DNA from: an uncultured virus (IMG/VR IMGVR_UViG_2061766007_001633)
Taxonomy: Duplodnaviria > Heunggongvirae > Uroviricota > Caudoviricetes
IMG/VR virus record: IMGVR_UViG_2061766007_001633
DNA length: 40,787 nt
Reading direction: 5' to 3' (one strand)
This document shows positions 1 to 11,078 of the stretch, in pieces; positions within the stretch are counted from its first letter, which is position 1, and each line of letters starts with the position of its first letter. The position numbers and the translations under genes are program-made. The notes under the pieces are model-generated. The model did not search any database and was not told the origin of the DNA. It saw only the letters and a list, made by a program, of their open reading frames with translations.

Positions 1-1988
1 GTATTCGAGCTTGGCGCGAGCGGAAGGTCCAGACAGCGCTTCTTCAGCTTTCAGGCTTTCCATGAACTGTGCCAGACGAAGATCCGCGTCGGACTCAACA
101 GTGGAAACATCGTGATGAAGCTCCATCAGATGCGGCACGCCGGGTGTAAAAGCGGCACTTGATTCAATATGGCCCGCAGTTCCGGCAAATTCAAAGCCGC
201 TGCTCGAAGGAGCCTTTATAATGCCTGCCGTCGAGATGATTCTCTGAATGCCGACAGCTTCCAGTATCTTTTTGATTTCCTGTGTCAGACCGGCTTCTGG
301 TTCGAGCATTACGCGAACATGGTGCCAGCCGATGCTCTTGGTGTGCTTNNNNNNNNNNTATTCAAAGCCGCTGCTCGAAGGAGCCTTTATAATGCCTGCC
401 GTCGAGCTGATTCTCTGAATGCCGACAGCTTCCAGTATCTTTTTGATTTCCTGCGTTAGACCGGCCTCCGGTTCGAGCATTACGCGAACATGGTGCCAGC
501 CGATGCTCTTGGTGTGCTTTGAAACGGCACCAGCGGTGGATTGTATCCGTGAGGAGAACCGGCCTGCGAGAGCGCTTGACGGCAGCTTGATTGCATTACC
601 GTCAAAGGCGACATTTGCCTCTCCCTCGGCCTTTATAACTGCCGGGGTAAGCATACGAAGCAGTGCCTGTGCGCCGGATCGTGAGCGGACTGTCTGCTTT
701 AGTCCCACGGGAGGAAGCCTGTGCATCGTACTTCCGATGTTGACGCTTGCATAAACGAAGCCCTCCATCATGGCCGAAAGCCTCTCTGAATCGANNNNNN
801 NNNNGATCTGCTTTAGTCCCACGGGAGGAAGCCTGTGCATCGTACTTCCGATGTTAATGCTTGCATAAACGAAGCCCTCCATCATGGCCGAAAGCCTCTC
901 TGAATCGAGTTTAGCCCGCCAGCCCGCTGTCGGAATAACATAGTGCAGCGTCAGCGTGGGCAGGTTTTCTGCTCTTAACAGGGCTCCGAAGGTCAGCTTT
1001 TCCTTATGCCTGAGTCTGTCGAAACTTGACGAATGAGGGAGAACGAGTTCCGGCTCCGGCAAAAGCAGAATGGGCGTTGATGCCTCTGCTTCCTTAACAG
1101 ACTGCGTGCCGTTGATGATCCCGATGACGATGTTCAGCTTTTCGACGAGTTCCAGCAGATAAACGCCATAGACGATGTCAGCGCCNNNNNNNNNNTTGCC
1201 TCAGCATCCTCCGTGGCCTGCGTACCGTTGATGATCCCGATGACGATGTTTAGCTTTTCGACGAGTTCCAGCAGATAAACGCCATAGACGATGTCAGCGC
1301 CGGAATCGCCGTACCGGGCAACACCGCGTACATCCGTGCGTCCGATGTAGCCTTCATAGGTCTGGTCGTACACCCAGCGCCAAGAGGGATAGTTTGTGTT
1401 GAATCGGATCGAGTTGAACCTNNNNNNNNNNACCGTACCGGGCAACACCGCGTACATCCGTGCGTCCGATGTAACCTTCATAGGTCTGGTCGTAAACCCA
1501 GCGCCAAGAGGGATAGTTTGTGTTGAATCGGATCGAGTTGAACCTATCTTCAGTCAGCTCGTCATAGCGTCTGCTGGCGCGTGTTGCAGCATAAGTCGCG
1601 TAGTCTGCCTTCCATGAACGGCTGAGTGCCTGATTAACCGAATAAACCTTACTGACAAGATCGTTCCAGACCTTNNNNNNNNNNTTCGTCATAGCGTCTG
1701 CTGGCGCGGGTTGCCGCATAGGTCGCGTAATCCGCTTTCCATGAACGGCTAAGTGCCTGATTAACCGAATAAACCTTACTGACAAGATCGTTCCAGACCT
1801 TATATGAAAACTTCGATGTCAGGTCTTTTCCGACCAGCGCGTTATATGCGGCCTGCGTCTCCGCAGCGGTAGNNNNNNNNNNGCTGTGAGGTTAAGTCTT
1901 TTCCGACCAGCGCGTTATATGCGGCCTGCGTCTCCGCAGCAGTAGCAGTTCCGTTTGATGCGGTCCAGCTCCAAGGGGTAATAGCCAT
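1..1988 (-). CDS. Large tail-associated protein (possible receptor-binding or baseplate protein), runs off left edge, broken by N-gaps and allelic duplicates
   Basis: Manual translation from ATG at 1988 (RBS GGGGGTGA): MAITPWSWTASNGTATAAETQAAYNALVGKDL...KVWNDLVSKVYSVNQALSRSWKADYATY...; the frame stays open through the unique segments to position 1; lies downstream of the tail-tip gene. Confidence 0.65.
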
Positions 1989-2000
1989 GAGATCACCCCC

Positions 2001-3630
2001 TTATCCGAACTTTGCTATGGCGGCACCCGTATAAATGTTTCGCATCTGTGCGTCGTGAACGATATATGCGGTATTGTCCTCGAACTTGAAGAACATACCG
2101 TTATAACCGACCTTTGCTTTGAAGGTCCCGCTGGCGTCTGCCGGATCTGAATTGCCGATCCACAGGCCGTCCGAGAACTTCTTTATAAGGCCGTAGTCAG
2201 TAGAAGCGCCGCTGCCGGAGCCGAGCTGGACATACGGGAAATCCTCGCCGTTGGAAGTGTATCCGAAGCGAAGTTTGACATCCGTCTGCCCGTTATAGAC
2301 CACGAAGCCGTCAGCGGTCATCTGCGAGAAGCCTTCCATGTCCTCCGGGCTTCCGGCATAGTATTTGCCGCCGTAGATGGTGGCGTCACCGGCGAGATAG
2401 GCATTGCCTTGCTGATCTACGCGGAAGTTATTCCCGATGTTGATCTCGCCGCCATTGATATTGACATTTCCGATGAACTTGTAATCGCCGGAGATGGGAT
2501 CGAAAAAGATGCGGTTTTGCATGTTGCCTTCGGCATCTTCGGCCTGCATCGCAAACTCGTCCGCGTTCATCTTGATTCTTGCGGTGCCGTCTGCGCGGGA
2601 AATGGCAAGGCCGTCCTCTGCGGAAATCTTGACCCCGTAGTAGTTCTTGCCTTTTGCCACCATACTCGTTTCAATTCTCGCAAACTGCGACTCGATGGTC
2701 GGCGCGTAGTTGTCCACTTCCAGCGCCACATCCTTGGAGGTGAAGGGCTGTCTNNNNNNNNNNAGTTCCGTCTGCGCGGGAAATGGCAAGGCCGTCCTCT
2801 GCGGAAATCTTGACTCCGTAGTAATTCTTGCCTTTGGCCACCATGCTCGTTTCGATTCTCGCAAACTGCGACTCAATGGTAGGTGCGTAGTTGTCCACTT
2901 CCAGCGCCACATCCTTGGAGGTGAAGGGCTGTCTCGTCATTCCGACCACCCGGACATTTTCATCAATGCCGAGCTTGGAAAAAGCAAAATGCACCTCGTC
3001 TCCAAGGAAAATGCCGGATGGGTTGCGAACGGTGCAGGCATAAGCTCTTGTGCTGTCCGCTTTATCGACAGTTTTCGACACGGATACCACATTCCGGTCA
3101 ACCAGCTCTTTTGTTCTGGTGCTGCCGCGATGCAGGTAAAGGTGTACGAAGTAATCTGCAAAGACTACATCGAAGCCCATGCTGGCAGCATAGGAAAGAA
3201 TAGCGGCCCTGCGCGTGGTTTCGCTTGTTACGCTGAAGGTCGCCGGTTCGTTTGACTCCACATCACCGACATGAAACTCCGTCCCGGCAAGCAGCACCGT
3301 CAGAATCTCTCGCGGTGTGCCGGTTGCCGTTACCTCGGTGATACGATTATCACTGTTTGACAACCGGTAGGACACATGCTCACAGTCGAGGCTTATCTTA
3401 TACAGCCCGCCTTGTAGAGCCTTTTTGACCTTGGTGACATCGTAGAAGTCGTTCTCGAACTCAGCAATATAGGCGTCCGTGTCATTGACCCGCTCCATAG
3501 GGCCTTCCAGCACAGTTTCAAAGGACAGCGTCTTCTCCGTGGAGAGCTTTTCCTGCGCGGAGCAGGACAGCACGGAGGTGACTGTGGCGATACGAGAGGT
3601 ATCAGCTTTTCTGCGGATAATAATGCTCAT
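2001..3630 (-). CDS. Tail-tip / prophage endopeptidase-tail (Tal-like) protein, about 480 aa once the duplicated ~57-aa segment at the gap is removed
   Basis: ORFs 2671..3630 and 2001..2912 overlap in RQPFTSKDVALEVDNYAPTIES...; CEHVSYRL motif and G-rich beta-type C-terminus; directly follows tape measure. Confidence 0.7.
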
Positions 3631-3631
3631 A

Positions 3632-5968
3632 TCAAGTCACCCCCAATGCCCTTCTGTATGTCTGGTTTCGACCGGTCTGGATGATGCCCGTGGACTCGGT
3701 TATCTCTTTGCCGTCAAGGTAGACAGGTATCTGTACAAACACCTGACCACTGTTATCATTTCTGTTCGAGCCGCCACGAATATCCGGGATGAAACTGTCT
3801 GAAACCACATCTTTTAAATGCGCCCTGACATTGATATCGAAATCTGCCGGGATAGCGTCAAGGATGGTCTTCTCGATATCCTTAAGCCCTTCAATCACCG
3901 CTCTTAGATGCAGACGGGTCTCGGTGAAGATGTCGGTGGGAACTGCTGCTGTTATGCTGTTCTCTATATCCTCGATTCCTTCGGTCGTTGCTTTAACATT
4001 TGCCGGAATATCGTATTCGGGCTGTATCTGCTTTGAAATATCCCTTATACCTTTTGCGGCAGCCGTAATGTTCACATTCGCCGGGATATCATACTCGGTC
4101 TTCACCTGCTCCGAAATATCCTCCAGCCCCTCGACCGAATTATCCACATGGGTGGTGGTTTCAATATCGAAGTCAGAAGGCAGGGCGTTCATGATGTCCT
4201 TGTCGGTATTCTCCATTTCATCGACAAAACCGATGCCCATACCCATGGACATATATTTACCGAGTTCGGCAAACTTCCTTGAAGGAGAATGAATACCGAA
4301 GAAGGAGCAGATGCCGTCCCAGATACTGCTTATCCAGCCAGATACCTTGTCCCAGATCCACGAAGCAAGCGATGTGATACCGTCCCAAAGTCCACGGACG
4401 AGGTTTTTACCGACATCGGCAAGCTGCGAGACGCCTTTACCGAGCGCCGAAACGATGCCGGAAATGATCTGCGGCATTGCCTTCACGATTTCCATGATGA
4501 TGGTCGGCAGGTTTGTAATCAGCGAAGTAAGCAGCTGAATACCGGCCTGAATAATCAGCGGAATGTTCGACAGGATCGCGTTGATAATGCTCGTAATGAT
4601 CTGCGGCAGCGCGTTCACGATGGTCGTTATAATCAGCGGCAGGTTCTGGATCAGCGAAGTCAGCAGTTTGATACCGGCTTCGATGAGCTGTGGAATCGCG
4701 CCGAGGATACCGGAAATGATCGCGTCAATAATCTGCGGCAGCGCATTTACGATGGCCTCAATAATGGTCGGCAGCGCCGTTACGAGAGAGGTCAGAAGCT
4801 GAATGCCCGCGTCGATGATCATCGGAATTGCGTTGATGATGAAGTTGATGATGCTCTCGATCACAGTCGGCAGGGCTTCGATCAGAACCGGAATGGCATC
4901 CAGAATACCCTGTGCCAGACCGATGATAATCTGCAGCGCTGCGTCAAGAATAGCCGGAAGGTTATCGATCAGCGTCGTGCAAATCTGCATAATGACCGAA
5001 ACNNNNNNNNNNNNNNNNNNNNNNNNNNNNNNNNNNNNNNNNNNNNNNNNNNNNNNNNNNNNNNNNNNNNNNNNNNNNNNNNNNNGAGGATCGCGTTGAC
5101 CAGCGTCATCACCAGTTCCAAAGCGCCCTCCGCGATCTGCGGCAAGGCGGCTATCAGACTTTCGAGGAAGGTCACGATTATGTTGGACGCGGCCTCGATG
5201 ATCTGCGGCAGGTTATTAACAACACCCTGAACGAGCGCCTCGATGATGCCCGGAGCGATTTCTGCGATTGCAGTGATCAGAGTCATCAGAAGGTCTACGA
5301 TCTGCGGGAATATGCCTGCGAGAGAGTTGACCATTTCCTGTGCGCCGTGCTGGATCTTGTTCTTNNNNNNNNNNNNNNNNNNNNNNNNNNNNNNNNNNNN
5401 NNNNNNNNNNNNNNNNNNNNNNNNNNNNNNNNNNNNNNNNNNNNNNNNNNNNNNNNNNTGTATCAAGGGAATCGTTGAAGTCCGCAGAAGCCGCGACCGC
5501 TTCATCACTCATAACAAAGCCGAGCTCATGGGCCTGCTGCTTGAGCGCTGCCGTGGATTCAGCGGTTTCGTTGAAAAGTGGCGTCAGGTTCTGTCCGGAT
5601 TTACCGAACAGGTCGTTTGCCAGCGCCGCACGGTCGGTGGAATCGGCCATGCCCTGCATACCTTCAATGACCTTCGCAAAAATGTCCTCGCGGGACATCG
5701 TGGAGAGGTCCTCCATTGAAATGCCAAGGCGGGCAAAGCGCTCCGCAGCCTTATCGCTTCCGTTTTTCGCGTCATCGATCTGGTTGGTGAGCGTTTTGAG
5801 GCCGGTAGTCATGGAGGTAATCTCAACACCCGACTGACCGAGAACATAGTCCCATTCCTGATAGGCTTCGGCNNNNNNNNNNNNNNNNNNNNNGTTGATG
5901 TCCGAGAGCGCTTTCTTGAACTCCTTTTCACCCTCGACGCCGATTTTTAAACCGAAATTATCAGCCAT
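3632..5968 (-). CDS. Tape measure protein, allele 1 (gapped; part of the N-terminus is misplaced at 6009..6406)
   Basis: MADNFGLKIGVEGEKEFKKAL start, amphipathic LPxII repeats, W-rich repeats, GIHSPS motif. Confidence 0.9.
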
Positions 5969-6008
5969 GTGTCATACCTCCTTCCTCTCAGATTCCATNN
6001 NNNNNNNN

Positions 6009-6491
6009 TTTAGAACTTCACCGACCTTTTTGAACTTGTCACCGGCAGAGGTGGTTTCATCGCCGGTCTTCTTGATTTCCTTTCCGAACTGGTCGGCTTC
6101 TTTTTCCGCATCGTCAAACTCGTCAGCGGTCTTATCCAGAGCGTCGTTGTTCTGCTTGAGTTCGCGCTCCATGCCGTTTAAGGCAGCTTCCGCATTGTTC
6201 AGTTGGATCTGCCATGCCTGCGTTCGCCTGTCGTTTTCACCGAAAGAGGAGGAGGCATTTTCAAGGGCAGAGCGAAGGGTGTCAATCTTTTGCTTCTGCG
6301 CCTCGATGTTTTTATTCAGGACCTCGTTGCGGGCCGTAAGAGCCTGCACGGATTTGTCCTGTTTGTCGAAGGTGGAATCCACCAGCTTCATTTCGGAACC
6401 CAGCACNNNNNNNNNNATTGATGTCCGAGAGCGCTTTTTTGAATTCCTTTTCACCCTCGACGCCGATCTTCAAACCGAAATTATCAGCCAT
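6009..6491 (-). CDS. Tape measure protein N-terminal fragments (allelic, misordered contigs)
   Basis: VLGSEMKLVDSTFDKQDKS... near-identical to 8863..9260; second MADNFG start at 6491. Confidence 0.8.
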
Positions 6492-6510
6492 GTGTCATAC
6501 CTCCTTCCTC

Positions 6511-6735
6511 TCAGATTCCATACGGGATAATCTCATCAATGAAATGGTCCCGCTTCGGTTTGGATAAGCCGTTGAATTGCTTGTAGATTTCCCACTGGTC
6601 CAGCAGGTGTCCCAGCGGCATGAGCCACACTTCCTCCTCGGTTCGATTCAGAAGCGTGACTCCGTAGAACAGCAAACGGGCGAATACCTCTCCGTCAGAA
6701 GGAGAAGCATCCGACCCGTTTACGCGTTTTTTTCG
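6511..6735 (-). CDS. Tail assembly chaperone, -1-frame (gpT-like) portion, allele 1
   Basis: Encodes ...FARLLFYGVTLLNRTEEEVWLMPLGHLLDQWEIYKQFNGLSKPKRDHFIDEIIPYGI*; slippery AAAAAAC at 6726..6732. Confidence 0.8.
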   Translation of the reverse strand, partial: RKKRVNGSDASPSDGEVFARLLFYGVTLLNRTEEEVWLMPLGHLLDQWEIYKQFNGLSKPKRDHFIDEIIPYGI

Positions 6736-6800
6736 NNNNNNNNNNGGTGACCGTGGCGATACGAGAGGTATCTGCTTTTCTGCGGATAATAATGCTCATA

Positions 6801-9260
6801 TCAAGTCACCCCCAATGCTCGTTTATAGGTCATGTTTCTGCCGCTCTGGATAATGCCGGTGGATTCGGTGATCTCGTTTCCGTCGAGGTACAACGGAACC
6901 TGAACAAGAACCTGACCGCTCATTCCATAGGTGCCAGTGGCAGCATAGGCTCTGCCCGCAGGAGTGATGTCATCGACCACATTATTGAGGTGCGTCCGGG
7001 TGTTGATGTCGAAATCTGAAGGAATGGCGCGAATAATGTCCTTATCCACTTCCTTCATTTCATCCACGAAGCCAATGCCGAGACCCTGCGACATATACTT
7101 GCCGAGTTCAGCGAACTTCTTAGAGGGCGAGTGAATACCAAAGAAACCGCAGATGCCGTCCCAGATACTCTTGGCCCAGCCTGAAACCTTGTCCCAGATC
7201 CACGAAGCGAGAGATGTAATACCGTCCCACAGACCGCGCACGAGGTTTTTACCGACATCAGCGAGTTGGCTGACACCTTTTCCGAAGGCAGAAACGATAC
7301 CGGAGAGGATCTGCGGTACCGCCTTTACAATCTCAACGATGATGGTCGGCAGGTTCGTAATGAGCGAGGTCAGAAGCTGAATACCTGCCTGAATGATGAG
7401 CGGTATGTTCGACAGGATCGCATTGATGATGCTCGTGATGATCTGCGGTAGTGCGTTCACGATGGTTGTTATGATCAGCGGCAGGTTCTGTATCAGCGAA
7501 GTCAGCAGTTTGATACCGGCTTCAATGAGCTGTGGAATTGCTCCGAGAATACCGGTTATGATCGCGTCAATAATCTGTGGCAGCGCATTTACAATAGCCT
7601 CGATGATAGTCGGCAGCGCCGTTACAAGAGAAGTCAGAAGCTGAATGCCCGCGTCGATGATCATCGGGATTGCGTTGATGATGAAGTTGATAATGCTCTC
7701 AATTACAGTCGGCAGGGCTTCAATCAGAACCGGAATAGCATCAAGAATACCCTGAGCCAGACCGATGATGATCTGCAGTGCCGCGTCAAGTATGGCCGGA
7801 AGGTTATCGATCAGCGTCGTGCAAATCTGCATAATGACCGAAACGATGGTAGGAATCAGCGTAGGCAGTGCGTCCGCGATACCCGTTGCGATGGTCACGA
7901 TAACCTGAATGGCCGTTTCAAGGATCATCGGAAGGTTGTCAAGGATTGCATTGACCAGCGTTATAACGAGGTCCAAGGCACCCTGCGCGATTTGCGGCAA
8001 GGCGGCTATCAGGCTTTCAAGGAAAGTCACGATAATATTGGAAGCTGCCTCGATGATCTGCGGCAGGTTGTTTACGACACCCTGAACAAGCNNNNNNNNN
8101 NTTTCCGCAATGGCCGTAATCAGGGTTATCAGAATATCAACGATCTGCGGGATAATACCTGCGAGAGAGTTGACCATTTCCTGTGCGCCGTGCTGGATCT
8201 TGTTCTTGGCATCTTCGCCGCCGACCAGCAGTTCCGAAAGACCGGTCATGATCTCCGTGAAAGAAGGCAGCAGGTCGCCCATGATATTGTTTTTAACGCC
8301 GGTGAAGGTGCGCTGGAGCGTATCAAGGGAATCGTTGAAATCAGCGGATGCCGCGACTGCTTCATCACTCATAACGAAACCGAGGTCATGCGCCGCTTGC
8401 TTTAGCGCAGCCGTAGACTCTGCGGTTTCATTGAAGAGAGGCGTCAGGTTCTGACCGCTCTTACCAAAGAGGTCATTAGCCAGCGCAGCACGGTCGGTTG
8501 AATCGGCCATGCTCTGCATACCTTCGACGACTTTTGCGAAGATGTCCTCGCGGGACATGGTGGAGAGGTCCTCCATAGAGATACCGAGCCTTGCAAAGCG
8601 CTCTGCGGCCTTATCGCTTCCGTTTTTTGCGTCGTCGATCTGATTTGTGAGCGTTTTGAGGCCGGTGGTCATGGAGGTAATTTCAACACCCGACTGACCG
8701 AGAACATAGTCCCATTCCTGATAGGCTTCGGCNNNNNNNNNNNNNNNNNNNNNNNNNNNNNNNNNNNNNNNNNNNNNNNNNNNNNNNNNNNNNNNNNNNN
8801 NNNNNNNNNNNNNNNNNNNNNNNNNNNNNNNNNNNNNNNNNNNNNNNNNNNNNNNNNNNNNNTTTAAGACCTCACCGACCTTTTTGAACTTATCACCTGC
8901 GGTTGTCGTTTCATCGCCGGTTTTCTTGATTTCCTTGCCGAACTGATCGGCTTCTTTTTCCGCATCATCAAACTCGTCAGCGGTCTTGTCCAGCGCGTCG
9001 TTATTCTGCTTGAGCTCACGCTCCATGCCGTTCAAGGCGGCCTCCGCGTTGTTCAGCTGGATCTGCCATGCCTGAGTTCGTCTGTCATTTTCACCGAAAG
9101 AGGAGGAAGCATTCTCCAAGGCCGAGCGCAGAGTATCGATTTTTTGCTTCTGCGCTTCGATGTTTTTATTCAGGACTTCGTTACGGGCAGTAAGTGCCTG
9201 AACGGATTTATCCTGTTTGTCGAAGGTGGAATCCACCAGCTTCATTTCGGAACCCAGCAC
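6801..9260 (-). CDS. Tape measure protein, allele 2 (true start lies in the gap at about 9330)
   Basis: 819-aa ORF nearly identical to allele 1 but with a shorter C-terminus; followed by the same MSIIIRRKADT start at 6799. Confidence 0.92.
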   Translation of the reverse strand: MLGSEMKLVDSTFDKQDKSVQALTARNEVLNKNIEAQKQKIDTLRSALENASSSFGENDRRTQAWQIQLNNAEAALNGMERELKQNNDALDKTADEFDDAEKEADQFGKEIKKTGDETTTAGDKFKKVGEVLXXXXXXXXXXXXXXXXXXXXXXXXXXXXXXXXXXXXXXXXXXXXAEAYQEWDYVLGQSGVEITSMTTGLKTLTNQIDDAKNGSDKAAERFARLGISMEDLSTMSREDIFAKVVEGMQSMADSTDRAALANDLFGKSGQNLTPLFNETAESTAALKQAAHDLGFVMSDEAVAASADFNDSLDTLQRTFTGVKNNIMGDLLPSFTEIMTGLSELLVGGEDAKNKIQHGAQEMVNSLAGIIPQIVDILITLITAIAEXXXXLVQGVVNNLPQIIEAASNIIVTFLESLIAALPQIAQGALDLVITLVNAILDNLPMILETAIQVIVTIATGIADALPTLIPTIVSVIMQICTTLIDNLPAILDAALQIIIGLAQGILDAIPVLIEALPTVIESIINFIINAIPMIIDAGIQLLTSLVTALPTIIEAIVNALPQIIDAIITGILGAIPQLIEAGIKLLTSLIQNLPLIITTIVNALPQIITSIINAILSNIPLIIQAGIQLLTSLITNLPTIIVEIVKAVPQILSGIVSAFGKGVSQLADVGKNLVRGLWDGITSLASWIWDKVSGWAKSIWDGICGFFGIHSPSKKFAELGKYMSQGLGIGFVDEMKEVDKDIIRAIPSDFDINTRTHLNNVVDDITPAGRAYAATGTYGMSGQVLVQVPLYLDGNEITESTGIIQSGRNMTYKRALGVT

Positions 9261-9355
9261 NNNNNNNNNNNNNNNNNNNNNNNNNNNNNNNNNNNNNNNN
9301 NNNNNNNNNNNNNNNNNNNNNNNNNNNNNNNNNNNNNNNNNNNNNNNNNNNNNNN

Positions 9356-9745
9356 TATTCCATACGGGATAACCTCATCAATGAAATGATCCCGCTTCGG
9401 TTTAGATAAGCCGTTGAATTGTTTGTAAATTTCCCACTGGTCCAGAAGATGTCCCAGCGGCATGAGCCACACTTCCTCCTCGGTACGATTCAGAAGCGTG
9501 ACTCCGTAGAACAGCAAACGGGCGAACACCTCTCCGTCAGAAGGAGAAGCATCCGACCCGTTTACGCGTTTTTTTCGGGTTCGCTTTCAACCTCGCGCTT
9601 GGTGCCTTTCATAAGGCAATCCATGATCGCTTCCTTGAATCCTGCGATCTCATAAGGCGTGGTGAGAAGTTCCACCGTTTCCGGCTCCAGAAGTTCTTTC
9701 TTATCGTCCGGATTTTTAAGGTTGTGAATCAGGATCGGCTGGTTT
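9356..9745 (-). CDS. Tail assembly chaperone G/GT pair, allele 2 (3' end of G, stop at 9562, and the -1 frame extension)
   Basis: ...GTKREVESEPEKNA* overlaps an open -1 frame KRVNGSDASPSDGEVFARLLFYG...; slippery A AAA AAC at 9568..9574. Confidence 0.85.
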
Positions 9746-9755
9746 NNNNNNNNNN

Positions 9756-10172
9756 CTTGCTCTTGGATTTTTCTGCCGCTTCACCGGAATCCTCGATTTC
9801 TTCGCCCATGTCGTCAGCACTGTCAGCTGTGGAATCGAGTTCCCGCTCCATATCGTTCAGTGCGGCTTCCGCATTGTTTAGCTGGATTTGCCAGTTCTGC
9901 GTCCGGCGGTCGTTCTCTCCGAAGGATTCAGCTGCGTTCTGCAGGGCCTGACGGAGAAGCTCGATTTTCTGCTTCTGGGCGTCGATCTCCTTATTCAGGA
10001 CCTCGTTCCGAGCAGAGAGGGCTCTGACGGAAGAATCGTTTTTATCAAACTGTGAGGTAACGAGCTTCATTTCCGAGCCGAGAACCTTGAAGGAGGAGTT
10101 GATGTCAGCAAGGGCCTTTTTAAATTCCTTCTCGCCCTCAAGACCGATCTTTAGACCGAAATTGTCTGCCAT
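9756..10172 (-). CDS. Tape measure protein N-terminus, divergent allele 3
   Basis: MADNFGLKIGLEGEKEFKKALADINSSFKVLGSEMKLVTSQFDKND...; RBS AGGAGG. Confidence 0.85.
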
Positions 10173-10190
10173 ACGAACCGCCTCCTTTCC

Positions 10191-10405
10191 TTAGATTCCG
10201 TCCGGGATAATGTCGTCGATGAAGTGTTCCCGTTTCGGTGTTGCCAGACCGTTATACTGTTTGTGGCACTCCCACAGATCGAGGAGCAAGCCAAACGGCA
10301 TCGTCCAGACTTCCTCCTGTGTCAGGTGAAGATGGGCGATGCCGTAATAAAGAAGTCGAGTAAATAACTCTTCGTCACTTACTCGACCACTGCGTTTTTT
10401 GGATC
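10191..10405 (-). CDS. Tail assembly chaperone -1-frame portion, divergent allele 3
   Basis: KKRSGRVSDEELFTRLLYYGIAHLHLTQEEVWTMPFGLLLDLWECHKQYNG...IIPDGI*; 0-frame DPKNAVVE*; slippery site at 10394..10400. Confidence 0.8.
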
Positions 10406-10733
10406 NNNNNNNNNNNNNNNNNNNNNNNNNNNNNNNNNNNNNNNNNNNNNNNNNNNNNNNNNNNNNNNNNNNNNNNNNNNNNNNNNNNNNNNNNNNNNNN
10501 NNNNNNNNNNNNNNNNNNNNNNNNNNNNNNNNNNNNNNNNNNNNNNNNNNNNNNNNNNNNNNNNNNNNNNNNNNNNNNNNNNNNNNNNNNNNNNNNNNNN
10601 NNNNNNNNNNNNNNNNNNNNNNNNNNNNNNNNNNNNNNNNNNNNNNNNNNNNNNNNNNNNNNNNNNNNNNNNNNNNNNNNNNNNNNNNNNNNNNNNNNNN
10701 NNNNNNNNNNNNNNNNNNNNNNNNNNNNNNNNN

Positions 10734-11075
10734 GACCTCGCGCTTGGTGCCTTTCATAAGGCAGTCCATGATCGCTTCCTTGAAACCGGCGATCTCGTAA
10801 GGCGTGGTGAGAAGTTCCACCGTTTCCGGCTCCAGAAGTTCTTTCTTGTCGTCCGGATTTTTCAGGTTGTGAATCAAAATCGGCTGGTTCGCAAGCAGCG
10901 CAATGAGCCAGATCAGCTCGTCAATGGCCGTCTCGAAGTTTTCAGCTTTCATGAGCTTGTCTCCGAGATCGGAAAGGCCGCCGTACTTCTTGCCGATTTC
11001 CTTTGTTGCTTTGGTGGTCAGGAGCAGTTCATACTCCTTGCCGCCGATGGTAATCACAGAGCTTCTTTCATCCAT
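10734..11075 (-). CDS. Tail assembly chaperone (gpG-like), 3' end in gap
   Basis: MDERSSVITIGGKEYELLLTTKATKEI...GTKREV; located between major tail and tape measure genes. Confidence 0.85.
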
Positions 11076-11078
11076 CTT

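Noticed and set aside
188..1940. Near-identical repeats in the tail gene suggesting a diversity-generating retroelement (TR/VR)
   Set aside because: Each pair flanks an N-gap, differences are mostly synonymous and not adenine-specific, and there is no reverse transcriptase in the window
3632..10405. Tandem triplication of chaperone and tape-measure genes as a real cassette or shufflon
   Set aside because: All copies are bounded by N-gaps and partly misordered; no recombinase or crossover repeats; best explained as strain alleles
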